Origin: Picochlorum sp. SENEW3
Taxonomy: Eukaryota
NCBI GenBank assembly: GCA_034226945.1
Contig: CP120462.1
Location: 248,001-312,000, forward strand
Reading direction: 5' to 3'
DNA length: 64,000 bases
The position numbers and the translations under genes were made by a program. Under the pieces are notes generated by a model. The model had not been told where the DNA came from, searched no databases, and worked only from the letters and a program-made list of their open reading frames with translations. Below, in pieces: positions 38,986-51,398 of this stretch. Position 1 is the stretch's first letter. Each line of letters begins with the position of its first letter.

Positions 38986-41684
38986 AGACCAAGCCATATT
39001 GTCGCAGCCAAGGTGTCCAAATTGCCAAATTCTCCATATTTTCCATAAACAACCACTGCAACTCGGCTGAAAGGAGTCATTTCGAAAGGAAGCTTCTCAG
39101 GATCAATTGCATGTGCGTTTGATATTGTCTGCTCGAGCCTCTTTGCCTTTCGATTGATGATCAACCCATTGTCTGTGGGGGAAAATTGCAATGTTCTGCA
39201 TGAATGCAATTTGACGAGGTGTAATTTTTCAAATACATAATTTCAGACTGCTTATTGTACACATACCTCTTTTCTGAGATCCACTTTGTTCGAAGTCCTC
39301 TCCCACCTGGCAAAAATATTTCTTGTGCATGTATTCGGATGTCTACCCCCAGGTCTGGGACATAAATGTCAAAAAATCTGGGTCCTCCCAAGCCACAAAC
39401 TGTTGCAATGAACACCCGTGGATAATCTCTCAGGTGTTTGACCAGATAAAGATTCGTGACACGCTCTTGAATAACTTTGGCAGCAAGCTTCCGTTCATTC
39501 GCATGCTCTGCAACCTCAGAGACACTCGCCACGCCAAGTTTGGGTTTGGATTTCTTTCTCAAAGCTGCAAGAATAAGCCTGTGTACTATGATATCTGGAT
39601 ATCTCCGAATTGGAGATGTAAAATGTGTATAAAGTGGAACAGATAGAGCATAATGCTTCCATTGCTCTCTGATCTCTACATCTCCAGTGTTGAAATATTG
39701 AGCCATCTGCATTGGCTTGGTGCACATGAATGTGATTGTTTCTAAAACTTCAGGTGCATCCTTGTAGAATTGGGCAAGATCGCGCAGGGATGCTTGTATG
39801 CTCCCAGCAGAGCCTGTGTCAATACTCGGGGAATCCTGAGCCCATGAAGAGATGAGCGATGCTGTCGTTTGCAATTTTTCCATGTTTGGTTCGGGGTGTC
39901 GCCGAAGCAAGGACCGATCAGGAAACCTACTTGAGATAAAAGTAGCGGCTGATATGTTCGCAGCAAGCATAAATTCCTCCACCAAGTGATTCGCAGAGCC
40001 AACTTGATACAAGAAAAAATCCTCTGGCTCACCCTCTTTCAATTTGATTGCAACCTTGGCATTATCAAGTCTTAATGCACCATTTGCGGCTCTTGCTTTT
40101 CTCATCTCTTTGGCTATTTTATGCAAGTTAATGATATCATGGCAAATGTCGCTCTCTGAATGCCTGCCATGAATACGTAACTCCGTTGCCTTGGATGAGC
40201 TTGGAATTCTGCCAGTGGACTCAAACTCATCAATCACTTCTTGAGCCTGCTGGTATGACAACTTAATACACGATTTTATCACAGTACGTCCAATCCAAAC
40301 ACCCCTACAAACAATTTTAAGAACATAACTAGTTACTGGTATTGCGGGCTCAACGACCAAACACACGTACATTATTTCACCAGAGTTGTCCATATCCCAG
40401 ATAATTGACATAGCCAGCCTCTCAGTACCAGGATTTAGGGAGCATAACTCCTCACAAAGCATGCGTGGTAACATGGGAATCACTCTATCGACCAAATAAA
40501 CCGAAGTAGACCTCTGCTGTGCAATTTCATCCAACTTTGAACCAGTCCTGCAGTGAGAAGGCAGAGCAAAATAGATTAGGGGCGGTAGCAGTCACACCAG
40601 CATAATCACAAAATAAAGACACATACTCGACAAAGTAAGATACATCTGCTATATGCACACCGATGCGATACTTGCCATGTTCAAGAGGTTCAATAGACAA
40701 GGCATCGTCTAAATCTTTTGCTGTTTCTGGATCTATACTAAATATTCTATGTGTTCGCAAGTCTCTTCTCTGAGAATACTCATTTTGGGGGATTCTCCAA
40801 GGTGTCTCTGGTAAACATTTCAAAACTTCTTCATCGAATAAATCGCCATCGTCTATCTTTTCAGCTTTCAGCAATGCTTGGATGTCTGTCTCCAATGTCC
40901 CAGGCTTTCCCAACATAGATTTGACTTTTATTCTTGGAAACCCATCCTTCTCATTCCAGGCAATAATACTTGCCTCGTAATAGTTCTCCATATTCTTTAC
41001 TATACCACGAGAGCTACCGTCACATTTGAAATCTGTGTTTTCAATGTAGCCTTTCGGCAGGCGAGAATCTGATGGAACAAATACCAACCCTCTCTCTTGC
41101 CTCACAAATCCAACCATGGATGCCCTTCTCTCCGAAGGCTTTTTTATGTAGACAACTTCGCCTGTCGCTCTCCAACCACATCTCTCATTCTCTAACGTGT
41201 GACGGATTCTCTCAATGCCTGATGCATTAATCTTCTCAGGGCCTGATAGACTCACTTCCTCCAACATCCCTCTTACTGCAGACATCATGCTCAGAGTATC
41301 AGCATCCGAGTCTGAAGTCACCTCTACCTGTGATGAATTTTTCCTACTACTCACGCGAGTGCCAGAACTAGACTCATACCACTGGTCCTCAGGGAGAATC
41401 CGAATGACCACAATATCTCCATGAACCGACCGATTTTGCATCTCTACTCCATTAATAAAAACATCCTTGGATAATCCATCGACAGTACAAAACGCCTGCG
41501 TCGTGTCGGATGCATTATATCGAATAGTGGCCTCGAAAAGAGTTCCATTCTTGAGCCCATCAGCAACCTTTTTCTTTGACAAGTGCTGTTTGAACCTTTT
41601 CCTTTGCGTCGAACTAGGTCGCGCAAATTCCACATTTTTAGGCGCTTTGTCCCCATTCTGAGACCTTTTTTCTGCCTTTGGCAT
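38982..41684 (-). CDS. DIS3L2: DIS3-like exonuclease 2, RNase II/R family (introns 40548-40626, 40305-40370, 39196-39266)
   Basis: SIDPETAKDLDDALS, GVHIADVS, VEEFMLAAN and YTHFTSPIRRYPD; no PIN domain. Confidence 0.9.
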
Positions 41685-42040
41685 GTTTCTATCTCGCTTT
41701 CGCCCTCAACGACTACAAGGACAAGAACAACAAAAATATACTCAAATTGCCGCTATCTGGAGTACCAATTCGCATACTATATTCTCATAGGAAAATACAT
41801 AAATTTTTTCATCTCTAGTTGAGACCATCGCACCCATGTATCCGAATTCGGATTCCTAACGTGGGATTTTGAAACTTTCATTCAAAACACCTGGTCGGAC
41901 CGGATTGTCGAATTCTAACTTTTCAGATAGGTGGTCAATACTGCCTTGATATTCAACCCATATACAGATATATTATGGTCTGCTTCAGGTAATGTGCTTC
42001 TTATAATCCCCAGGGTTTGTTCGAGGGGAACGTTGTCGGC

Positions 42041-43392
42041 ATGGGCTCCCAAGCAGGTGTAACCACGACAGATGTTCAGAAATACACGAATGTGCTCCTG
42101 AGACAAGATCACACGCATGATATTTGCATACTCTCTGTTTTATTCTTGATTCGAGGGGTAGAACAGAGAGAGGGCGCAACACTTGAGATATTCAAACAAG
42201 CTTGGAAGGATTTGAAATTTTCATACGTCTACACGGTACGATACATATGCGTTCGCGTCTTTTATCAACAATATTTGCTATTTGACCTACTTTTGATGCT
42301 TTATCTGCGTCGTAGGCGAAACCCAGGACTGTGACCTTTGAACGATTTCTTCAGAGTTTGTTCGACTCGTGTTTCGAGATTGCATCTTTAGATCTGCAGA
42401 CTCAAGATCTTACACTCATTGTGAATGAACTAAGAGGGCGGAATCACGTCCACGGTGACTGCGATATTGGAGTGTTGGAATGTGCTTGGCGTGGGCTGGC
42501 TACAACATGTGCTCTATTTGGTCTATTTTGCCTCTTTGAAGCCCAGCCGCATGACCCGGGAATACGAATCCGTGTTTCCGAGGACTACTTTGATGTCATA
42601 AAAGGTATGTGATGGTAGATTGAAATAGTATGTGAAGATAAAAGTACTAGCATACGGTTGATATCTGCAGATATGGCCAATTTCATTGAGACTGGTCCAG
42701 GAGAGGCTAGGCAAGTGTTTATCAGGATGTGGACGTGTAATTCGTTTTCATTTGGATCTTCCTGTATGTTTAAACGAGTCGATGTGGGGAATGGGCGAGA
42801 GGCTCATGGGTCTGGGTCATTTACCATGACTCCTGGACTGGATATACAAGATGCTGCAGCTCTCAGGGAATGCCGGTACCACTTGGATTCCACTCTGCGT
42901 GGACTGGGGACAGAATATGTTAAATCTATGTGCCATAAGTACCGCAGTACTCTTTCAAATGTGATGATTGATAGAGATTTAGACGAGACTCCGGAATCAT
43001 ACAACCTCAACGGTATTGCAGATCTCAGTTTCGGGCAAGAGATACATCGATTTGTTACTCTCGCGGGTAATGAAATTCAATATATGCTCCAGAACAAAGG
43101 TCGAGATGGAGGAAAGAGGCGCAAGAAGGCCGGGCCCCAGCAGATTGCAAAATCAAAATTGCCCACAAAGATATCTGGTGCAACTGCTGTTCTCGAGCGA
43201 GAAGCTGCTAGAATGCGAGATATCAAGGTTAAAAAGAGAAGATTAGAACAACAATTGGGTCTTCTTGAGAAAGAGAAAGAAACAGAATTAAAGGAGATGC
43301 AGTCTTCGAGTGATGAAGATATGCCTGACTTGTCACTCAGAGGGTCACTGGACTACTTGCAGCATGTTGACATGCCTTCGAGCAGCGATTGA
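42041..43392 (+). CDS. SNAPC1: snRNA-activating complex subunit 1 (SNAP43)-like (introns 42236-42315, 42605-42670)
   Basis: FKQAWKDLKFSYVY...FLQSLF...GLFCLFEAQP...IRIRVS...MW..NSFSFG resembles the SNAP43 family pattern; three exons join in phase. Confidence 0.7.
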
Positions 43393-43439
43393 TGCCAAAA
43401 TTTTTCATGTAGCTTAAGTTGACTGTTTTATGCATGCAG

Positions 43440-44321
43440 AGGAAGTCTTCGAGTTGTGAATGGCACTGGTCTCCGCAGTTGCAAGAATGCTCCCCTAAAA
43501 TTTGAGAGAATTCTGTTCACATCTCCTCTACAGTACGCAGACAGAGTGTCGGCGAGTATTCTAAGACTTGGCGGGCGTCCTGTGTGGCTCCCTGGAATTG
43601 AGATAACGCACCTGACTTGTGATGACACCCTTGATAACATGAAACTCATGATGGAGGATCTCTCGCATTGTGACTATTTGATCTTGCCATCCAAGAATGC
43701 TATTCTGAGTCTGTTCCATCACTGGTCAAATGGGAACAAGCAGGTGGCCATAGACAGGCTAAACAGCATTGATGCTGAGGTATGGGCCATGGGGGCAGAT
43801 GCTGATTTCCTGAGAGAACTTGGAGTTCATAGTGTAATGAAACCAAACGTATCCAGCACACAGGGCATAGTGGAATCAATTAAGAGCATTAAAAAAGAAT
43901 GCAATGCGGGCAAGGCTCTATGCATTGTGCCCCATGTCGTAGCACCTCTGGTCGAGCCTGATGTTGTCCCAACCTTCCTAGCAAATTTAGCATCGGCTTG
44001 GACCCAATCAGGGTACCAGCATATGAGACACGAATAGGTCCTGACTCAAAGTATTCGTCCGCTGAGATTGATATGCTCACCTCTGGCCAAATCAAAGCCA
44101 TTGCATTCACATCCACTGCAGAGTCTCAGGGACTATCTCAGATTGTAGGTAGAGACACACTCCTACAATGCATACAGGAACATGATATTCTCATTGCCGC
44201 TCATGGACCCACCACAGCTAGGGGTGTTGAGAAAACCCTGCACATTGCAGGCATAGACTGCATTTCCAAAGACTCGTCAACCTTTGATGGATTGGTAGAG
44301 GCCATGGCTGAAAAGTTGTGA
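43440..44321 (+). CDS. Uroporphyrinogen-III synthase (HemD)-like protein, split across two frames near 43989; start unresolved
   Basis: Frame 0: ILFTSPLQYA...P.IE...EPDVVPTFL. Frame -1: PIRVPAYET...AIAFTSTAE...AAHGPTTARG...STFDGLVEA. No intron explains the shift. Confidence 0.75.
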
Positions 44322-44471
44322 TCGTCGCATTACAAGATTCACGACTAATAGCGCTGAAATATTTGAAGCATGTAATAACGAAAATAACATTGAAAACTAC
44401 AACCAAGTCATCTCTTGGACTGTAGAAGAGAGAGAAAGAGACACTTGTCCACTTCGCAAGGAAGGAAGAAA

Positions 44472-45442
44472 ATGTCTCGAAGATACGATTCTAGAACCAC
44501 CATCGTGCGTGAATACGTATTGATGTAAATTGTTTTATTTAAATCAACCTCATGTTTCCCTTTTTCTCTGCAGTTCTCGCCTGAAGGGCGTTTACATCAA
44601 GTAGAGTGCGTGTTTGATCAAACTTCTGCGTATCGAGTTCAAGGACCCTTTCATGCGATGTACTTCTTGCAGATATGCTATGGAGGCTATTTCAAATGCG
44701 GGATCCTGCGTTGGTATTCTGACGAAGGAGGGTATTGTGCTAGGAGCTGAAAAGAGAATTACTTCAAAGGTGAGTATGAATGTTATCGATGGGATACTAC
44801 TTGAGTACCAGTACTTGAAACCACTCTCAATGTGTGCAGCTGTTGGATACAAAAGCGGTGGGAGTTCGTAGAGAGAAGATGTACAAGATTGATGATCATG
44901 TTGCATGTGCTGTTGCTGGCATTACGTCTGACGCTAATATTTTGATCAACACGTGTCGCCTACAGTCGCAACGATATCTACTGACATATCAGGAGCCTAT
45001 TCCAGTAGATCAATTGGTTCGTGGGATCTGTGACTCAAAGCAAGGGTACACGCAATTTGGAGGCATGCGCCCATTTGGTGTCTCTTTGTTGTATGCTGGT
45101 TGGGATAGGCTTCAGGGTTTCCAACTGTACCAAAGTGATCCCAGTGGAAATTATGGTGGTTGGAAGGCAACTTCAATTGGAGCGAATCATTCCTCCGCGA
45201 CTGGAATTTTGCAAAGTGACTATGAGGAGGATATGAGCTTGGACCAGGCAATGAAGCTAGTCATCAAAGTCCTTAGTAAGACAATGGACAGCACAACGCT
45301 CTCTCCAGAAAAGGTTGAAATTTCCACGCTAACCATGCAAAACGATGTTGTGAATTTCAAAATATATGAGGACTCGGATCTCCGGCCTATTCTAGATGCA
45401 GTGAACAGTGAAGTTTTGAAAGAGAAGGAAACTGCTTCATGA
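44472..45442 (+). CDS. PSMA4: 20S proteasome subunit alpha-3 (introns 44505-44573, 44606-44672, 44770-44839)
   Basis: [28 protein letters not shown] and [13 protein letters not shown]...[12 protein letters not shown]. Confidence 0.96.
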
Positions 45443-45481
45443 ATACAGTAGAATTAATTCTTTTGCCATGAACATGTAAAT

Positions 45482-48400
45482 TCATCTTCTATATCTTGAC
45501 AATATCTTTTTCGCATTATCCGATAGGTCTAAAGACTTCTCCGAAAGAGCAAATTCTGCTAGGCTCGACTGCGTGTCACTTTGCAGACCTGTGATTGCCT
45601 GAGGCAGAATATTTGCTGGCAATCGTACTATCACTGGGAATGAATCTGGGGCAGTCTGCTGCGCTGCCAGAATCCACCCTTTGAATTGAGTACTGTTCGT
45701 CCAAATTTGTTTTGAGACGAGATCTCCAAGAAGCCCAACAATGAAACTCTTCAGTTTGGGAGCCAGCGAAATACTCTGCAACACAGTTCTCATGAAAAGC
45801 TGGGGCAGTGGGATTCTTGTGATCAGCTGGCTAAGCGATGCCGCCAGGACTTCAGCAGTGAAATATTCTCTCATTTCAAGGCACACATTAATAGCTGCTA
45901 TGGTATGCCGGAGAGTTGAAGACTTTTTATCATCCACCATATGCAATATTGTTAGAATTTCTGCTGGTGTGATAACTGGATCGTTTTGCCCCTCATACAC
46001 TGTTGTACAGAGTCGTTTCACGGCATCCGTAAATGAGCTCACAGGTAGAAGGATTAAATATGGGATCAATTTAATTGCCTCTTGCTTCTTCAGACTGGGT
46101 AGGATTGGAAGGATCAACAAGGGATCATGACATGTGTCAAAAAACTTCAGAACTTTCTCCACTAGAGCCCTTGGCGGCATACTCTCGGATAATGCATTGA
46201 TGACGATGATAACTACATCTTTGTATTCCTCCGGGGATGCCTGAATAATGCCCAGCAGAGTATCATCATTTGGACCCAGTACATGAACTATGTTTGCACA
46301 TTTTTCACTCAGCACCTCCTTCACTGCTGGCTGTGATGCACAAAAGGTGGCGAACAATTCTGTTATCAAGCTAGATTTTTTTGTGCAAAGTGCACTGTAA
46401 AGGCTTGCAAGCCTGTCAGCGTCAGCCTTTGCCTGCTCAGAATCAGATTCGTCAGTTGGCAGCATCTTCAGAAAATTCAGCGCAGCTGATTCAATCTTAT
46501 CATCTAATGACCCATGTCCAAATAATTGATTAGTGCACATTCTAATTGCTTTTGTACGCAGTTCTGTCTCTGTGGACGTACATGCTTCAAGTGCCAACTC
46601 CAGTATTCTGTCTCTGATTTGTGCTCTGGATAAAATGACGTCTCTAGCAATAATGAGGCCAGTGCTTTCCCATCCATTCAATTCCTGGAGACAAGACTGT
46701 ACAAGAGATTCGATCAATTTCAAAGGCAGGACAGGAGCTTCTTGAAGCAAGTTTGGCAAAGACTTATCAGTGGGAGGCAATTTCTGACGCATTTCCTCAA
46801 TGATGCTCTGCAGTACTTGCTCATACTGTGAACCTGATATCAGATCAGATATTTCTACATCGTCCTCTCCGTTTTCTAGCAACTCGACAAAAAGCATGGT
46901 CAGCCACAGGCAAAGGATCTCATGGCCATGCCTGCCAACATAGTCATTGAGAAGGCCACTGACAGTTACCTCACAACAGTTGTCCATGTCAGGAAAAAGC
47001 GTCAGCAGTCTAGCAATTATCCTTTTTCTCAACTCAATGTTTGACGAAGAAGTAGTAGATATCACGCGATTGAGAACTTTCAGGCGTTGTTCAGATGCGA
47101 TATCGTCATTCATGTCAATTGGTGTTAGAGGATCCTTGAAGACTCTCATGGGAAGGACATTCTCCTCCTCTTTTGTATCTACCTGACCGCCAACACTCTT
47201 TAGTGCGCCAATCATTAGATTACATACTCTATCTGATATAAGATCAGCATGATGAGACGACTTAGGAGGTTGCAGAGTAGATAGAACATCGAGAACAAGA
47301 TCAGCTATGACACCTGATGATGTTGTATGAATATGCTGGAACAGTCCATCAGCATCATAATTAAGCAAGTAATTCTGAATCTCGATCTTTTTATCACCTA
47401 TAATTTTATCATTTCTATTTACCTGGCCCGATCGCTGCCGAACTGAAGGTGCACTGTCTGGTTCTCCCTCTCGGGCCCTTTTCAGTTCATTCCTGCACAG
47501 CACGTGAATTGATGGATCGGTCTCGCCTCAAAAAGATTACATGCACATTTTGTCTCACCTTTTCACTATCTTCTGCAATGGATCTAGGCTCATAGTAACG
47601 AGAGCGTCGCTGATTTTTTTTTGCCACGGTGTTGCCAGAGAAATATCTGATTCCCCAAATGCCCTCAGGCATTCTTCTAATGCTTCTATTGCTTTCCCTT
47701 CTCCTCCCTTCTGCAGCAAAAGTACGCATTAAATATAACTGTATAAACACAATACGCATTAGAAACACTAAATACGCACCTGGAATGCCTCCTCCTTCGT
47801 AAATGATAGCAATACAGGGAGAATTCTCCCTGCAAACTGTGGCCTAGCCTTTAAAATAGTAGAAACCACACGAATGCAGCTCACCGTCAACGGTCCACTA
47901 CTCCCAGATCCTTTCACAAATTTCAATAACTTAATCAAACATGTCAAAATCCCATTACTTGATTTCACAGCATCCTGCTTTGATACGATTGACCCTTTCA
48001 ATGGCAATGAAGTGGGTGTATCCAGGACTGGTAAACATGCCGGAACCTTATCACCGGAAGCGAAAATCAAACCCTGCTCCAGAAACTTTGCCGCACTTAG
48101 CTTGAAACCCGTGCTGGAGTTTTCATCTACAACCATGCTTTCAACCATGTTTACCGCTTCCTCCACCTTATTCCATAGTGTCCCTCCCTCTCCACTCTCC
48201 TGATTACCAATAGACGCACTCAAAGCTAGCGTTAGCTGATATATCGATATCAGGGAACGTATGCAGCGTTTCAACGTCCCTACGTTATCATCTCTAAGCA
48301 AAAACACGACACACTCGGCTCCCAGCAAGAGTGTGTCTGCCGTCACAGCAGCAGACAGAGATGCATCATAAAAGTCGAGAACAGCCTTCCGAACAGCCGG

Positions 48401-48655
48401 CGATTTGTCGATTTGCAGCTCCAAAACCTTACCCACAAAAATATCGATCAAGCGTGGCTCCCTCCGCAAAACGATTTCCGTAAGACTCTTGAGTAGTTTG
48501 GTCTGCACGCGATAACGCAAACTCAGGGGTTCACACCGTATCTATACAGTAGTTATTACGAAATCAAATAAATCTACCTTTTCAGCAGCCCCATGCTCCA
48601 GCTGAATCGTGTTAAATAACTCAACAGCTTCCTCCTCAGCCAAACTCGTCGACAT
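45482..48655 (-). CDS. SYMPK: Symplekin, CPSF scaffold (introns 48503-48577, 47711-47779, 47493-47558)
   Basis: N-terminal helical repeats (ILKARPQFAGRILPVL) and symplekin C-domain (ITPAEILT.LH, PLPQLFMRTVLQ, LVSKQIW); four exons join in phase. Confidence 0.88.
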
Positions 48656-48951
48656 TCTCCTCAGAATCCAATCCTACTGAAATATCGACATACAAATAGA
48701 TCTCATGTTATTCAATCAGGTGATATTTAATTTATTTGGATGGATTGGTACCCCACGGACTCCTTGTATACAGATGCAATGGCCAACTTGGCCATGGACA
48801 CTGCCATTTGAGCTCAAATGGTCATCAAGATTGTACGCACCTGTAGGTACCCAAATGGTCCTATTCTTCAACGATCCATTTCAATATTGAGTATGTTTCC
48901 CTCTTAAGGTAGACGACGCGTATAGGGTTGTGAACAGTTTATGCCATAGAG

Positions 48952-51362
48952 ATGTCTTCTATAACGACCCAGGTGTGTTTCACAGATGAATTCGTGACTT
49001 CTATCATTCAATATGGTCTTTCTTTCTCTTGTTTCTATTTACTATAGGCAATAGAAGCCAGAGAAAAGGCTGCGCAGAGGCTCAAGGGTCTGCTGGCAAC
49101 GTCTGACGACTTGGCAAGGTTGCCTTCCTTGAAGGAGGACAACGAAGTGGAGAAGACGGTGCGTTGGTTTGTCGGTTACTTGATCTATATGAATTCTGGC
49201 TTCTATAGTGGCGTTTTATTGGTGCAGAGTGCCCAAAGGCAGCTGCGAGCAGTGTTTGGTGCTAATACAGAGCATATTCTATCTGGTCTGGAGAGTTTGA
49301 AAAGAGCACATGCTGCTCTGGTAAAATTCGATGCAGTTTTTTCTCAGATGAGTACTATTTGCTCCAAGTCTATAGAAGCAATCGAGACAGATGACACGTT
49401 ACGGCGGCTGGCGACGATGCACTCGAATATCTCAGAGACATTGCAGAGCACAGAAACTGTAGCTGGACTTCCAGAGGCAGCATTGAAGGCAGAGAACATG
49501 CTGCAAGATAGTGATACAGCGGTAGGTTTGATTGAATCGCATGCATATTTGTCACAAGTCGAAGGAACTGTGCACAGAGTTAAAACTACACTGGAGCTGC
49601 TGCAAGACAGGCAAAGCTATCAACTTCCGAGTCTGGAGACATATTTTGTCCAGGTGAATAATGCGATGGCGAAGATAGAGTATCGCCTCTGGAGTATCGT
49701 CAGATCTTTCATCTCGTTGGGGAATTCGAGGCCAGAAATTCTTGTCTCGGCGCTGAGAGTTATTGAGACTCAAGAGGTTGTTGATGCAAAATTGTTAGCA
49801 GATGGCATGGGTGACAGTCCACTGAGAAAGGGATGGCGAAGGCGTTGTATCCAGAATATGTCAGCATCTATTGCAGAGTCTTTCTCTGATATATTACAAA
49901 GATGTTCTAAGCTGCTTTCATCAGAATCAAATTCTGGAAGATTGTTGAGGTCTATCTTGAGTGATGCTCATGAAAAGTTGGTTCAGGTTCATGCATCAAC
50001 AAACAGGTTGATTCCGTGTTTTCCTCCAGTTTATCATGTAGAGGACTTTTTGTGGCATGAATATAGAGGACAAACTGATAATATTTTAGAGATCATTGGT
50101 GCGATATCAACTCAGCTGTCAAACAACGATATTCTATTTACACTGGACTGGATTCAGAGACATGACCAGTATTTGCTCCAAGATGGGTCTGGTATTGAGC
50201 AAATGAGAGGTGTAGACGCTCTCTTAGAAACATATGTCCATAGAATGGACGAAGCACTGCGAAACTGGCTCAAGAATATTATGAATGCGGATTTTAAAGG
50301 TGAGCCGTCCCATGACGGAGATGGACGCTTATACACACCAGGCCCACAAGACATGTTTCGATTAATTGAGGAGCAGCTGACAGCAGCAGAAACGGGGGGT
50401 GCTGTTCTACTGGAAAAGGTGGTGTCTGTGATGGAAGGGATCGTTCAGGATTATGCCTCTCAGTACGAGTCTAGAATTGCTTCTGACTCAAATGCCCTCG
50501 AGGTTTTGTGCGCAGTTGGCAACAATTGCCTGCGCATCTGCAATCTCATCTCTGATCTAAACGAAATGATAAATACTGTACTCAAAAGCAGGGAGACTGA
50601 GGGCTTCACAAAAAGTCTGCAATCTCACTTCAAGCTCATTGCAAAGCAATCCTCGGAAATGTGTGGCCAGGTTGTCTTCATGGACCCTGGATTTGGAGAA
50701 CTGTTTTCCCTTTTATGTCACAGTGATGACTGGAAGCGCGGGATCACAACTGGAAGCATGCTTGCAACCTTGGATGATTTTCTGTCAGACTTTAAGATTT
50801 GGCTTGATGAGTTTCTGCTGAATGTCCTTGCAACGTCGATGTTGATCGAGTGTGTATCGTATTACATGGCTGCGCTGCTTTCGCAGACCCGTCACGTAAA
50901 TACCGAGACGTTGTCATTTCTAAAACGCGACACAGATGCCATACGAGAATATTTCAATCGATATCTTCCGTCCGATGTCGTCGAGAACGAGTGTCAAATT
51001 TTAGCCGATGTGGGCGATTTTCTCGCGTCTGACTCAGTCGAGGCATTTGTTCTATCATACAGTGCGTTATTGGAACAAGCTCCACTTTCTCCTATGCTAC
51101 TCGTGGGGATACTAAATGCTAGGGTTGCATCCCAGCATGATATGACTAAAGCAGATGCAAGAGAGGTATGTTGTTGTTGCTTTACATACTGTCAATAACG
51201 AGAATGACACCTCAAAACATCGCGCAGGTTCTCGCATCTTGCCGAGAAACTTTCGGTGATCGATCTTCAGTGGCGAAGTTTTCGACGCGCCAAAGCGTGA
51301 ACCCATCTATGAAAAATTCAGCGTTTATATCTGCTTTAAATGCGATAAGGCAGCGTCACTAG
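48952..51362 (+). CDS. SEC6: Exocyst component Sec6 (introns 48973-49047, 49159-49227, 51166-51227)
   Basis: LVSALRVIETQEVVD, PCFPP.Y.V, DGRLYTPGPQDMFRLI and LCAVGNN; introns join in phase. Confidence 0.85.
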
Positions 51363-51398
51363 AAACTCATCGCAATTGTTTCAGATTGTTGTCTTCAA

